Below, piece after piece: positions 15,001 to 26,599 of a stretch of 64,000 nucleotides of DNA (its first letter is position 1; every line of letters starts with the position of its first letter). Source of the stretch: Sarea resinae (Eukaryota); NCBI GenBank assembly GCA_026026165.1, contig JAPEUD010000021.1, positions 186,001-250,000 on the forward strand, written 5' to 3'. The position numbers and the translations under genes are program-made. The notes below the pieces were generated by a model that saw only the letters and a program-made list of their open reading frames with translations, was not told where the DNA came from and searched no databases.

Positions 15001-18000
15001 ACTCGCGTAGAACCTATTACTACATCCGGGGGGCATTTGTTGAAGGATGCGAATGAGCATGAATCCTCCCTGGAATTGACGGAATTCTCTGCGCCAGAGA
15101 TCTCACATAATGGACACGAGGAAAAGGAAATCATCGCCAGATCTCCTAGTGATCAGGTTTCGCGCGAAACCCCGCTAGAAACTGCAAAAGCCGAACCCGC
15201 GGAGAGCGAAACCCAAATCTCCCCTATTCAAGGAGCTAGCCAGTTGCCGACCGAAGAAGCAGAAGCTGATACGGAGGCCTTTTTCAAGCCTGCAAAGAAG
15301 TCTAAGAAGAATAAAAAGCAGAAGAAAAAGCAGGCCTCGGCGTCCGGATACGAAGATATTATCCTCTCAGACGCTCCTACTCGAGAAGACCCACCCAAAG
15401 CAGTTGCCGAAGATCGAGATGGCAACGTTTTGAAGGCAGTCGACCCTGCGCGGCCCGATTTCACCGAGCCAGACACTCTACAGGAGCCACGGGCTCAGAA
15501 GGAACCAGAAGCTCAGAAGGAACTAGGAGCTCAGCATGTACCAGAAGCTCACCAGGGATCGGACGAAGGCCAAAAGACTCAACAAGAGGCAGACAATCAT
15601 GAGGAAACAGATATTGAACCGAAGCCAGAAAACGTTCGAGAGCCAGAGATACAATCGCCAGAGGCGCAAAGAATTCAACAAGGTCCCGGATTTGGCGAAC
15701 CTGACGCGTGGCCCGAGGAAAGCCATACCTATCAACCAACGCAAACAATTCGACCTTCGCCGGCCGACAGTCTCATAATGTCCATTCGAGAGCCACCCGT
15801 CGTGGACCCATTACCAGAACAGAGTCCATTCGGCAGCTCGACAGCTGAGAATGCATCTGACGAGGCACGACAGACCAGCAAAGAACCAGCGCAAGCCATC
15901 GTAGGTCTGGAACAGCAGAATAACCCAAATGATGATGTTATGTCGCCTGAGGGTGAAAATTACGAGACCCAGCAGAAGCTTGATGAATCGAGGCCTGACG
16001 AACGGCAAAACCCTGAGCCCGTCTCTCTGCCATTGGATAACCCTCCGGAACATGTTCTACAACCCGCCGTGCCATTTGTTGCGGACAATCCCATGGCTGC
16101 TAATATCTCTGTAAGCATGTTGGACCCGACTACATCCCTGTTGTTCGAAGGACGATCAGCTGTGGATGACGATCTATGGCCTTCCACAAGTAAGAAGAAA
16201 GGCAAGAAGGGCAAGAAGCAAAAGAAAGGCGCATCTTCTACCCCTGATCCAAGCAGGGAATCGCAGTCATTTGAAGATGATTCCCTGATGCAAGATGCCT
16301 CTCAAGAGCTTGCTCCAGCCTCCTTGGAGCAAACGTCTAAGCAAATAACTACTGACGTCGAGCCATCTTCTACCCGCATTCCATCTCAGCCTGCTTCCGC
16401 CGACGGATCAACACCAGCTGAGGATGATGATGTTTGGGCCCTATCGTCTAAGAAGAAGGGAAAGAAAGGCAAAAAGCAAAGAAACTTTTCCCTTGCGGTT
16501 ACGGAGTCAGATAAAGATCAAAAAGCTACGTCAAGCTCGACACCATCTGAACAGGAACCAGCCAGCGAACCGATAATTCCTATCAAACCCGCACCTTTAG
16601 CCCCCAGTCCTGACCGAGAAACCGAGGACTTACCAGAGCCCCAGTCACTTGAAGACCCCCAATCATTAGAAGAGCCTAGCTCGTTTGGGGAGCCCCGATC
16701 CCCTGACGTGGCTCAGTCGCTAGATGACCAGAGAGCACTAGGTGAGGATACCGGTACACGTACGATAGAGGACAACGAGCTTCATTGGGCACTACCAGGG
16801 AAAAAGAAAGGCAAAAAGGCAAAGAGACAGGAAAAGGTCGCGGCGCTGGCAGCTACTTTCGAGCCTGAAGGCAAAGAAGAAGCCAGCAATGCAGCCGAAA
16901 TGGTCCCCGAACCTGAGATAATGCCCGGTATCTTCGAAGAATCGAGGACTGTACCAGAACAAGTGGTACCTCCATTGGAGGATCAGCCCGAAGACTTCTG
17001 GAGTTCTGGGCTTAAAAAGAAGGGGAAGAAGAACAAAAGACAGCAGAAGTCTTTATCTCGCTCAGAGTCTGTTGGAGAATCCGCGACGCCTGACGAGGCC
17101 ATACCCGCATCTGCAAGTGCTGATCAGGGTAAAGGACCCGAGGGCCTTAGAAATGATGAGACGATTACAGAAACACTTCCTCTAGAAGCTCGAGCGGATG
17201 ACAGTCCTCCGCCCGACTATCCAAACGAGAAAGTTGGAAGAGTAGGTGAAGATATTTTATCCAATCCACAGAGCACGGAACCTGAGGCCTTCGAGGATAT
17301 CTCGAAGCTAGAAGGGCCACTTGAGGAGTCTGCTCAACCTGAGCAAAATTCCGAACGCGACCTTGGTGTAGCTGCTGCGTCTGCGGCTGCGATCGCAGGA
17401 ATATCTGCGATTGCCTCCAGTTCTAAATCTAAAAAGTCAAAGAAGAAATCAAAGCAGAAAAGGTCTTTCGATAACGCCGACACTCAACCTTTTCAAGAAG
17501 CTGCAAAGTCTCCCCCCGAAGTCACTGAGCCCCGCAGTCTTGAAGAAGAGAGCACTCCAAAGCACTCTACGGAAGTTGTCGGTGAAGAAGCACCACCCTC
17601 CAGAGAAAACTCCTTTGGTACTTCACCAAATCCCGAGCCTCTGGTCGAGAGAACGCCGCTGACACGAGACCTGTACGCGGAGGAGCGGAAAGTCATCCAC
17701 GAGGATGCATCCAACAGAGATAGTGCGGTCCATGTATCGGATTCTCCGATGTTGACGGGCGTTCCTACGCAAGGTTTTGCTCGTGACAGCGGATATCATG
17801 ACAACACAGCCAGCCCAATGATTGAAAATCAGCAAAGCTCCCTCGGTGGATCTCGCGTCCCAACACCACAGCTAAGAACTTCCACACGTCCGTCTTCGCC
17901 GAATCTAGAGCGCGACGATCCACTTTTTGGTCAAGAACCTAAAGGTCCAGCTGATAGTACGACTTCCTTGGTCTCACGAAAGGGGACAAATACAAGCTCA

Positions 18001-21000
18001 TCCGACCCGCTGAACATTTCTGTAGAAATAGATCCCTCATATGAGCTCTCGGTGAGAAGAGATCACTCTACGCTTGGCAACTCTCACGATGATTCTGGAG
18101 GATCTGTCGAGGTTCTTTGGCGGCCAGAGGATTCGGGTAGTGATGTTCGCGCTCAAGGGAGCACAGCTACCAGAACAGATCATCTCCCAAATCGTGCGAG
18201 ATCAATGGAAGAGCTTGGCCCTCCATCTCCTGTGGAATCAACCACCAAGGACAGAGATTCAATTCTCTTCAAGGCATCTCCGGCGACAAAGGACGAGTTA
18301 GCGTACCTTGCAAGTTTATCTTCAGGCAACGCAGAAGCTCAGAGAGCCGACCCGGAAGTTTTCGACCGTCCTCGAGACGTATCAGATCAAGAACCCAAAC
18401 CTATGGTGGAAAACGACGATCCCAATGATCCATTCGGTCCGTCCATTCCAGCCGATAGTTTACGGTCCCAAGCTCAGTCTCCAGCTTCGAAGAGGTCACC
18501 AGAGGCTAGAGAGTCTGACAACAATTTACGCACATCCCTGTTTGGGGGGCCAATGGGCATCAACAGCGACTCCAAGCCGACATCTACACCTCCAACCAGC
18601 CCCTTGGGCCACGCTTCATCGGAGCGGAAGCGCCTCCATCCCACCACCGAGCAATTACCCGATGACTCCCCGCTAAGCAAGAAGAGTCGTGCTGGGTCTG
18701 ATATGGGCCTACGAAACGTCGACTCTCGTGGAACTCTTCGTTCGACAGGTTCGCACCATCGACTGAGAGAATCGCTACGATCACCGGCGGGGGTCGCTGA
18801 ACACCAGCCAGCACCGAATCAATTGATTTCTACAGATGACCTCATCGCACGGCTCTCGTGGCCACCGGTCGATGACAATGATCAGACGGTGGACATTGAG
18901 CGAGTCAAGAGTCGCGCGACAGACACTCGGCCAGCCAGCCGACGAAGCAACGCCTCGGGCGCGTCGGGTGATGCATTGCACGTGCGAGGCAAAGAGAATG
19001 ATCATCGGACTCCCAGCGCGCAGAGTCTGCGATCGATGCGGTCGGGTGGTAGCATCAATCGGTTCCAGACGCCGGAGAGGGATCATCTACGGGCGGCGTC
19101 GATAGGGAGCCGACTCAGCAACCGATCGTCGGGCACACCGCCGCTTCGTCACGTCGACCGCAGTGTGAGCTCGGATCTTAGGGCGGCGAGTAGGCGTGAC
19201 GAAGCGAAAGTCGCTAAAGAAGAACAATTCGGCGCATTCGACCAGCTCGACCCGCTCGAGTCTTCCTCCACCTACGATCCCACCAAGGACAAGGGCAAGG
19301 GCCGCGCCGTCAACATGGCCGCCGAAGTCTATGTAAGTTGAAGCTAAAGCGGCACTCCCCCTGCGAATCTGCTCTGCACACTACCATTCACACTGGCCTC
19401 GTTCGGGTAATGTGTTGCTTGCTGCTGATGGTCGCGATGCTGACGATGATGATGTTGACAGGAAGGGTGGGGCGATGTCCATGGGTCGCCGTTGTCACCG
19501 ACGCGACCGCCAAGCATGCGCAAACGACAGAGCATGCAGATCATGGATCTCGAGACCCGTTTGGACCAGCTGGTGTCCGACAATCGACTGCTGCAGGATG
19601 CCAAAGCGAAAGCCCAGCAGAATCTCGACGACGTCCAGCATCAGCGCGAACAGCAGTCGAGCGCACTGTCCGAGGCCATCGAGACACGTGACCTCCAGCT
19701 GCGCGACAAGGATTCCGAGCTCGAACAGCTCAAGGCATATCTCGCATCGGTCCAGCAGGAGGTGACACGTCTGAGCCAGATCAACGAGGGTCTGACGGCC
19801 ACCAACGCCAGTCTATCCGCCAACCATGATGAGCGATTCCATTCTCTGCAGGCCGAGCATGCGCATGCGATCCAGCAATGGCAGCAGCAGACGCGAGAAC
19901 TGGACGAGCTTCGACAACAGCACGAGCAATTGTCCAGCGGCATGGAAGAAATTGTTCGACATGAGATTAGTGTCGCCTTGGACGAGAAGAATGCCGAAAT
20001 CGACCGTTTGCGCGATGAGGTCGAAGCCGCCAAGGAACAAGTTCGCGCCTTGCAGCAGCAGATTCTCGACAACAAGCCGAGCGACAATTTCCTCGTCGTT
20101 CGCGATGAGGATTATTTCGACAACGCATGCCAGCAGCTCTGTCAACACGTGCAGCAATGGGTTCTGCGATTCTCCAAGTTCTCAGATATGCGACCTTGTC
20201 GCCTGGCGGATGAGGTCACCGACGAAAAGATCGCCGAGCGCCTGGACAATGCCATCTTGGACGATTCCGATGTCAATGATTATCTCGCAGACCGGGTGAG
20301 ACGAAGGGACGTTTTTATGTCGCTGGTGATGACGATGGTTTGGGAATACGTTTTCACCCGCTATCTTTTCGGTATGGACCGGGAACAGCGCCAGAAGCTT
20401 AAATCGTTGGAGAAGATGCTCTCCGAAGTCGGTAAGTTGCATTAAGACACTCAGCATTTGTAGACTATTTACTGATCCCAAATAGGTCCTCAGAAGGCGG
20501 TGCATCAATGGCGAGCAACGACTCTCACGCTCTTATCGCAACGACAAACTTTCCTCGGTCAACGAGCCCAGGACACGGAAGCCGTTGTTCTGGAGATCTT
20601 CCATACTCTCTCGGTGCTCTTACCGCCGCCTCAGAATCTCGAACAGCAAGTCCTCGATTCGCTGCGGAACGTGATGCGATCGGCCGTCGAGCTCTCCATC
20701 GAAATGCGCACCCAACGCGCCGAATACATCATGCTTCCGCCTCTGCAACCAGAGTACGACACCAACGGCGATCTCGTGCGCAAAGTCACCTTCAACGCCT
20801 CGCTCATGAACGAGCGCAGTGGTGAGACCACGTCGAACGAAGAGCTCGAGGCCCAGCAAGCCATCGTGCGCATGGTGCTCTTCCCGCTCGTGGTGAAGAA
20901 GGGCGACGATGAGGGTGAAGGCGACGAGGAGATTGTCGTCTGTCCTGCGCAGGTGCTGGTTGCCAAGCCACCGGAGAAGAAGGACAAGGGCAAGAAGGTC

Positions 21001-21123
21001 GTCAGGGTTGTGAGCGGTGACCGCATGGATGTCGATGCCGTGCCACCGCCGCCGATGATGAATAGAACGACCCCGCAGTATGGTTTCGTGCCCTCGGGCT
21101 TGGATCCCGCGGATATGGTATGA
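12..21123 (+). CDS. lah: Woronin-body tether protein Leashin (often annotated 'involucrin repeat protein'), ~6,954 aa; exons 12-7271, 7336-19332 (alternative starts 7360/7363), 19462-20431, 20486-21123
   Basis: Four ORF-track pieces join in frame through GT-AG introns: AAG|GTATAT 7272 to GCTGAC..ATCAG 7335; TAT|GTAAGT 19333 to TTGACAG 19461; G|GTAAGT 20432 to ACTGAT..AATAG 20485. N-terminal block GPLDRFIDFWRDNEGVAQFEEYTQYIGVCKYCF, a very long acidic P/S/E-rich middle with lysine patches, and a C-terminal SPTRPPSMRKRQSMQ + coiled coil + DEDYFDNACQQLCQHVQQWVLRFSKFSD...EYIMLPPLQPEYD domain fit the Leashin family as I recognise it. Confidence 0.88.
8610..17465 (+). repeat. Dispersed protein-level repeat in Leashin: [DE]-[DE]-x-W-x(3-5)-KKKGKKxKKQK basic patches (~23 patches, ~15 preceded by Trp) in acidic spacers
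   Basis: Read from the 4149-aa ORF, e.g. EEDLWALPAKKKGKKAKKQK, EELWATPSKKKGKKSRKQ, EAMWAPSSKKKGKKSKKQKQ, EDVWAVRSKKKGKKTKKLKQ, DDLWPSTSKKKGKKGKKQKK, EDFWSSGLKKKGKKNKRQ. Confidence 0.9.
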
Positions 21124-21807
21124 GGCGTCACACTCGTACTCTTTTTTTCCGTGTGTTTGGATCTTTGCTCAGGTTGGGGTATTTCGTTCTCTATTGTGTT
21201 TGAACAACTTTGGCGTTAATGGGGGATGTTTGGTGGGGGGATTGATGGCAATGTTGATTGATGATGATGATGATGGGGCGATCGACTCAGATTCGATCAT
21301 ATAGGATAATCTTTTCTGGGGTTTTTTCTTCCATCGAGCATGGCTTGCCTTGGGCTTGACTTGGCTTGCGTAATGCTTTGCTTGGATATTCATTTTGTAT
21401 AGTTGAGAGCGGCATTTCTCTCCTTAGTTTTTCTCACTAGGCAGGTAGTAGTTTTGAAGATGTAGTTTAGGGAATTCGAAATGGGATGTTATTTATTATT
21501 CAAGCTATTATACCTGTCCACCTGCCTACCTATCCACCTCCCTACCTACTTACCTACCTAGCTCCCTACCCCTTACTCATACTCATACTCATACTCATAC
21601 CTCTATCTTACCACCTTGGAAAGACGTCGCAAGCTGCTTACTTAGTTACTGGCACGACCGCGAGAGGCAAGACGACCAAAGAGCTAATGACACCAAAGTA
21701 GAATTCAAACAGAGCATTCCGTCTTTTTTTCCCCCTTGAGAATGAAAAACGCCAGTCTGGAATAGAAGATCGATGATTCTTATCTCTCTCTCTCTCTATC
21801 TCTCTAC

Positions 21808-23360
21808 CTACTGTACGGTTTTGGGGGCCTCGACCTCTAGTTTCCGCATCGCTTCGTCCACACCCGCGCCCACGCTGACCTGTGCCGCATCCTTGCCCTC
21901 GACGGACCCATCCGGTAGAGCCTGCACGCCCTTTTCCGCGGCCGTGGTGGTGGTGGCGCCCGCAGCGGCCCCAGGGTATCTACTCCCCCTATCCTTGGGC
22001 TTCTTCTTCTTCTTTTTCTCGTCGGCCGAGGGCGGGGGCGGGTAGGCTTTCCGTTCGATGTCTTGCCATTCTTGCGAGGCTTGGAAGGCGGTTTGGATGG
22101 GCTCGAGGACGGAGACGAGGGCGGTCGTTGTGGCTGCTTTGAGGAGTTGGGGGGTCAACTGCATGGGTGTTTGATTGTTAGTATTGGTTTGTGTGATGAT
22201 TTATGACTTCGAGGGGGGCAAGGGATTGGTAGGGGGAAGGAGAGAGGGGATGGGATGGCAGGGGATGAGAAGGAGGAGGAGGAGGAGGAGGAGGGAGGTG
22301 GTAAATGGTCAGTTACGTACCTTGTCCGCTGTGTAGTCCGCCTTCAATGTTTCTATGTCCGAGTATGTGAGCGGTCCTCCTTCGTCCTCTCTCCGGTCCA
22401 CGACGAATTCCGGCTTGCCGCCCTTGAGCGCGCTCACGGGCAGCAGCACGTACTCGACAAAGGAGATGATGCCGTTCCCCTCGACCTCCTTGGGCACGGC
22501 GTAGGCCTTCCGGAGCTTCTTCTTGACGACGTCCGGGGTGTCGAGCAGGTCGATCTTCGAGTCCGGATCCGAGGCCGACATCTTGCCGCCCGCGAGGCCC
22601 GGCACCATGGGATTCATGAGGTGCGCGCGTTCCTTGTAGCCGACCTTGGGCAGGACCTCCTGCGCGAGCGCGAAGATCTTCCGCTGGTCCACGCCGCCGA
22701 ACTGCGCGTCCACGCCCAGGTGCTCCTCGTCGAGCGCCTGCATCAGCGGGTAGATGAGCCCGCTCAGGAAGGCGTTGTCGACCTGCTTGACCACCTCGGC
22801 GCCGGCCTTCTTGGCGTCGTGCTCGGTGACGACCGACGACAGCCGGAACAGGTCCATGGTGTATTTGGCCGACAGCTGGTAGGAGCTGCCGAGGATGAAC
22901 TCCAGGCGGTCCACGGGCACGTTGACCGCTTTCAACAGGCCCAGGATCACGAAGCGGTAGTATTCGGCCCGGAAGTTGACCAGCTCGATCGGCGCCTTGA
23001 GGTTGTCCAGGAAGCCGTGGATGTCGGCCAGCAGGATCTTGACTCGGCACCCGGCGCGGAGGAAGTGTGCGAGCTTCACCATGGCCACGAAATAGCCGCA
23101 GTGAGGTCGTCCCGTCGTCGCCGTTCCTGCGCGAGAAAAGAAATCGTCAGTCGCTCTCTTTCCCGCTGTCTCATTGCACTCGCTGGAGATGTCTCGGCCT
23201 GCGCCGCTGGAACCCAGGTCTGTCGCAACTCACCCCAGTAGAGGACGAGAGGCCGATTCTGCTTCACGATGACATCTTCAATGATCTGTGGTTTCAGAAC
23301 CTCCTGCAGGTTCTGATTGATCAAGGCGATCTTTTCCTGGGGGGTGAGAGTTTCGGCCAT
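21808..23360 (-). CDS. TYS1: Cytoplasmic tyrosyl-tRNA synthetase, 427 aa; exons 23360-23234, 23126-22321, 22158-21808
   Basis: Spliced LYWG|TATTGRPHCGYF (HIGH-like), YPLMQALDEEHLGVDAQFGGVDQRKIF, KMSAS (KMSKS-like); donors GTGAGT and GTACGT, CAG acceptors, frames consistent. Confidence 0.97.
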
Positions 23361-23714
23361 GGTGGGGGCGTAGACTGCCCCGCGATTCGAGGCTCAGATA
23401 ACTCGCAGCGGGAGATCAAGGGCGCGGCGCAATCTCTGATGCTCGGGAGAGATGTAGCAGTAATCCCCCCAAAGACTGCAATTGATGTTCTGTTCTGCGA
23501 CCAGAAGAAGATCTCGGTCCGTTATGGCGTCGGGCGTCGAGGGATGACAATTGTTGATCGAAGGAATTGAATGGTGGTGACTCAGGTCTAGGTTGTGTGG
23601 GAGGTACCCATACGGCTCGCTTGCTCTGCCATTGCACGCCCGACGGATCATCTTCGACGTTCTTCCTACCTTTGCCATCCACGGGAACATCATCGCACCA
23701 AGGCGAACGGAAGC

Positions 23715-24491
23715 ATGCCTCCTACGCTCGTCGAAGCAAACAGGCTCGAGCTAGAAGATATCTCGCGAATACTGCATCTCTTCCACCATCGCAACAAGAA
23801 CCAACACCGGCTCGCGAAATGGTGGAAGTGGTTCTCCATGCTCTGGCGCAGCCTGCAAAAGCTGCTCGTTGAGGCCTCTCGCGCGAACATCTCCGGCAAG
23901 GACATGGTGCGCTTCCAGGCCAGAGTCGGGCATCTTCATGCGGTTCTTGTCCCCAAGTGCTATCGGTAAGTTGTCGTCCTTGTCGTCCTCGTCAGATGCG
24001 AGCGCTCTTACGGGTACACGCGAGTGCTGAGTGTACCGGTGTTTTTATCAATCACTGATGGTTCTGCTTCGCTCTGTTCGCTCTATAGCGCATTTTCTAC
24101 CCTGGTGGCCGATAATCAGTTCTCTGTCCTTGGACTGGTACTCTTAGCCAACTTGGCTAGAGTGAATAGCATTGTTTCCGGCTTGAGAGATGAGCCGAAA
24201 CCAGCTAGTATACATGAGGACCTGGATATCGGCGAGGACGTTGGAGAGCTTATCTCTCGAGATGGGGCTTCGAGTCCGGGCCCTCAGACCCCTGTCGGAG
24301 ACATTGTTGCTACTGAGCCCGATACGCAACAGCTGAAACGCAAGGCTGACGGCCAGGAGGGCGATGACCAAGCTGCTAACAACGGTGTGCTCGAGTCAAG
24401 TAAAAAGGCCAAACATCCTCTGAAGCCCGCGAAGAAGAAGCGCAAGAAACACACGAATCCTATTGATGACATATTCAGTGGCCTTATCTGA
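23715..24491 (+). CDS. RMP1: RNase MRP protein subunit Rmp1-like, 217 aa; exons 23715-23965, 24089-24491
   Basis: LHLFHHRNKNQHRLAKWWK, PKCYRAFSTLVADNQFSVLGLVLLANLARV and basic tail KKKRKK..IDDIFSGL are characteristic of fungal Rmp1; intron GTAAGT 23966 to CTGAT..TATAG 24088 keeps frame. Confidence 0.82.
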
Positions 24492-24752
24492 GGCTCTCCA
24501 CGGCGTTCTCCCAATACCGAAACTCTTATAGGAGAGGGTATTTGTATTAGTTTGCTGGATATGTTGCGCTCGTTTCACTCCTCGTGGCTGCTTTACAGGG
24601 AGCTTTCTGCGTATACGGCGTCAATGGCGCTGGGGCAAGAAACCAAGGAATACCAAGGCGTTCATCATTTTATAGTCCTGGATTTCTAGAACAGATTGCA
24701 ACTTCTAATGCTATTCTATGCTGATTTTGGCCCCAATAAATACACGTACGCA

Positions 24753-26599
24753 TCACGACTTCTCGTCCTTGCCCTTATGCATCTCTTCCCTCATCTCTTT
24801 CTTAATCCGAGTGATCGTTCCGGCTCCTCCGTATACGAGCGCAGTATAGACCATGGCGACACTTGCGCCGGCATTCAGGATCTCGAGCGCTTGGGCCCCG
24901 TTTGTGATACCGCCTGATGCAAATATAACCTTGGGCTCTCTGGAGGCGGGCTTGGGAGATATGAAGGAAGAGGGAGACGGGTTGGTAGATATGGCAGACT
25001 CGTGGCGTTCTGGGAGTTGGAGGAGTGGTTGCATGTCGGACTGTTCGGAAGCAGCATCCTTGAGCTGCTTCTCGTCGCGCTTGATGGATGCCGAGATTTT
25101 CTCGGTGATGCTGCTGGCGCTGTCGCCGGACTCCTCTCCGGCGCTAGATGAGGTCTGAGTAGAGGCTGGTTTGGGGGAAGAAGTATCTTCGGTTGCCGCT
25201 GCTGTGCCTTCCCTGGGACCCTCGTCGAGAAGCTTGCGGTACCTCTTGACCAGCGCCAGCGTTCTCTCAAACATTTGCGGGCCCGAATATCCGCCCTCCT
25301 CGAGCAGAACCTCGGCCTCCTTTGGCGGCAAGACGTAGCCTCTCGGAAGAGGATCGGGTCTCTTCTTGGTCGTATTTCCCACAATAACGCCGTCAACACC
25401 CGACGTCCAGATTGCTTCACAGATGCCCGCAACTTGCGCATCAGAGTCTTCATCGGGACTGACTTTGACCATGACCGGTGGCTTAGTCTTCCGCTTGGTG
25501 GCTTGGGCGGCCTCAACGACGGCGGTGAGGATGTTCGTAAGGGGCTCGACGCGCTGTAGGGTGCGGAGACCGGGGGTGTTGGGGCTGGAGACATTGACGA
25601 CGATGATATCGGCGTATTTGGCAAGGCGGTCAACGCAATAGACGTAGTCGCGCTTGACGGCTTCGATGTCGTTGTCCGGTGTGACTTTGTTCTTCGCGAC
25701 TTGTACGGCTAATAGCTTCCCATCTGTCAGTGAGCCTGGCGGTACGCCCGCGGCCCCGTTGAGCACCAGCTGTTCAGCCTCTTCGTCAATTCCAAGGCCC
25801 ATGGAGTAGGCGAATTCTCGGACGCGCTTGCGGAGCCGCATGGCGACATTTTCAGCGCCTTCGGAGTTGAGTCCATAGCGGTTGATGAGGGCGTTTTGGG
25901 AGGGGAGGCGGAAGGAACGCGGTTTTGGGTTCCCTTCCTGTGGTAGAGGTGTTGCCCCTCCGACTTCTACGATTGCTGGACCGAAACCAAGTAGGACCGA
26001 GGGGATGTCGCCATTTTTGTCAATACCGGCAGACGTGGCTATGGGATTCGAGAGTGTGTGGCCAAAGACCTAGAAGGCTGTGAATAATGGGATTTCTTCC
26101 AGAATGTGCTAGGGTTGATATTGATAGCTCGGGGAACGGGAATAACTCTTACCTCTACCCTTAAATCCCCCGCTGCATCGGGGTCTCCTCTCTCCCTTGG
26201 ATTGACACCAAGGCTGTACATGAATTTCAGAGCTTTATTGGAGATATGGTGTGCATCCTCGGCATCGGGAAGGATCGTCCTCAGGGCGGGGACAACGAGC
26301 CATTGGTGGATTGAAGCTCTCGTGTCTGTCACATAGTAGTAGCCGAGTCCGATGAAGAGAGCAATGGAGGTGCCGAAGAGGATATTTTTGAGGCGCGTGA
26401 CCACGGATCTCGCATCGGTAGCAGTCTCACGAGACGTTGAGGCATTGCGAAAGCTGTTCTGAAGCCATTGAGGCCTGAATGGTTGAGGTGAGCCACGCGC
26501 GATAGCCGGACGAGCTGATGGGAAGCGGCCGACGCCAGACGAAGACGAGAATGGGCGGGCGCTCTGTATCCCAGCCCGCCGCATGACAGTCGAAGCCAT
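24753..26599 (-). CDS. URA9: Mitochondrial class 2 dihydroorotate dehydrogenase (quinone), 587 aa; exons 26599-26153, 26069-24753
   Basis: Arg/Ser-rich presequence, TM helix ILFGTSIALFIGLGYYYV, PDAEDAH, NPIATSAGIDKNG, QEGNPKPRSFRL, INRYGLNS, VNVSSPNTPGLR, VKVSPD, GGYSG, SGGI; intron GTAAGA..TTCTAG. Aspergillus name pyrE. Confidence 0.97.

Noticed and set aside
22255..23241. 328-aa plus-strand ORF and 245-aa alternative-frame ORF over TYS1
   Set aside because: Shadow ORFs of a GC-rich, codon-biased gene; no motifs.
24875..25633. 252-aa alternative-frame ORF inside DHODH
   Set aside because: S/P/R-rich off-frame translation of a real exon.
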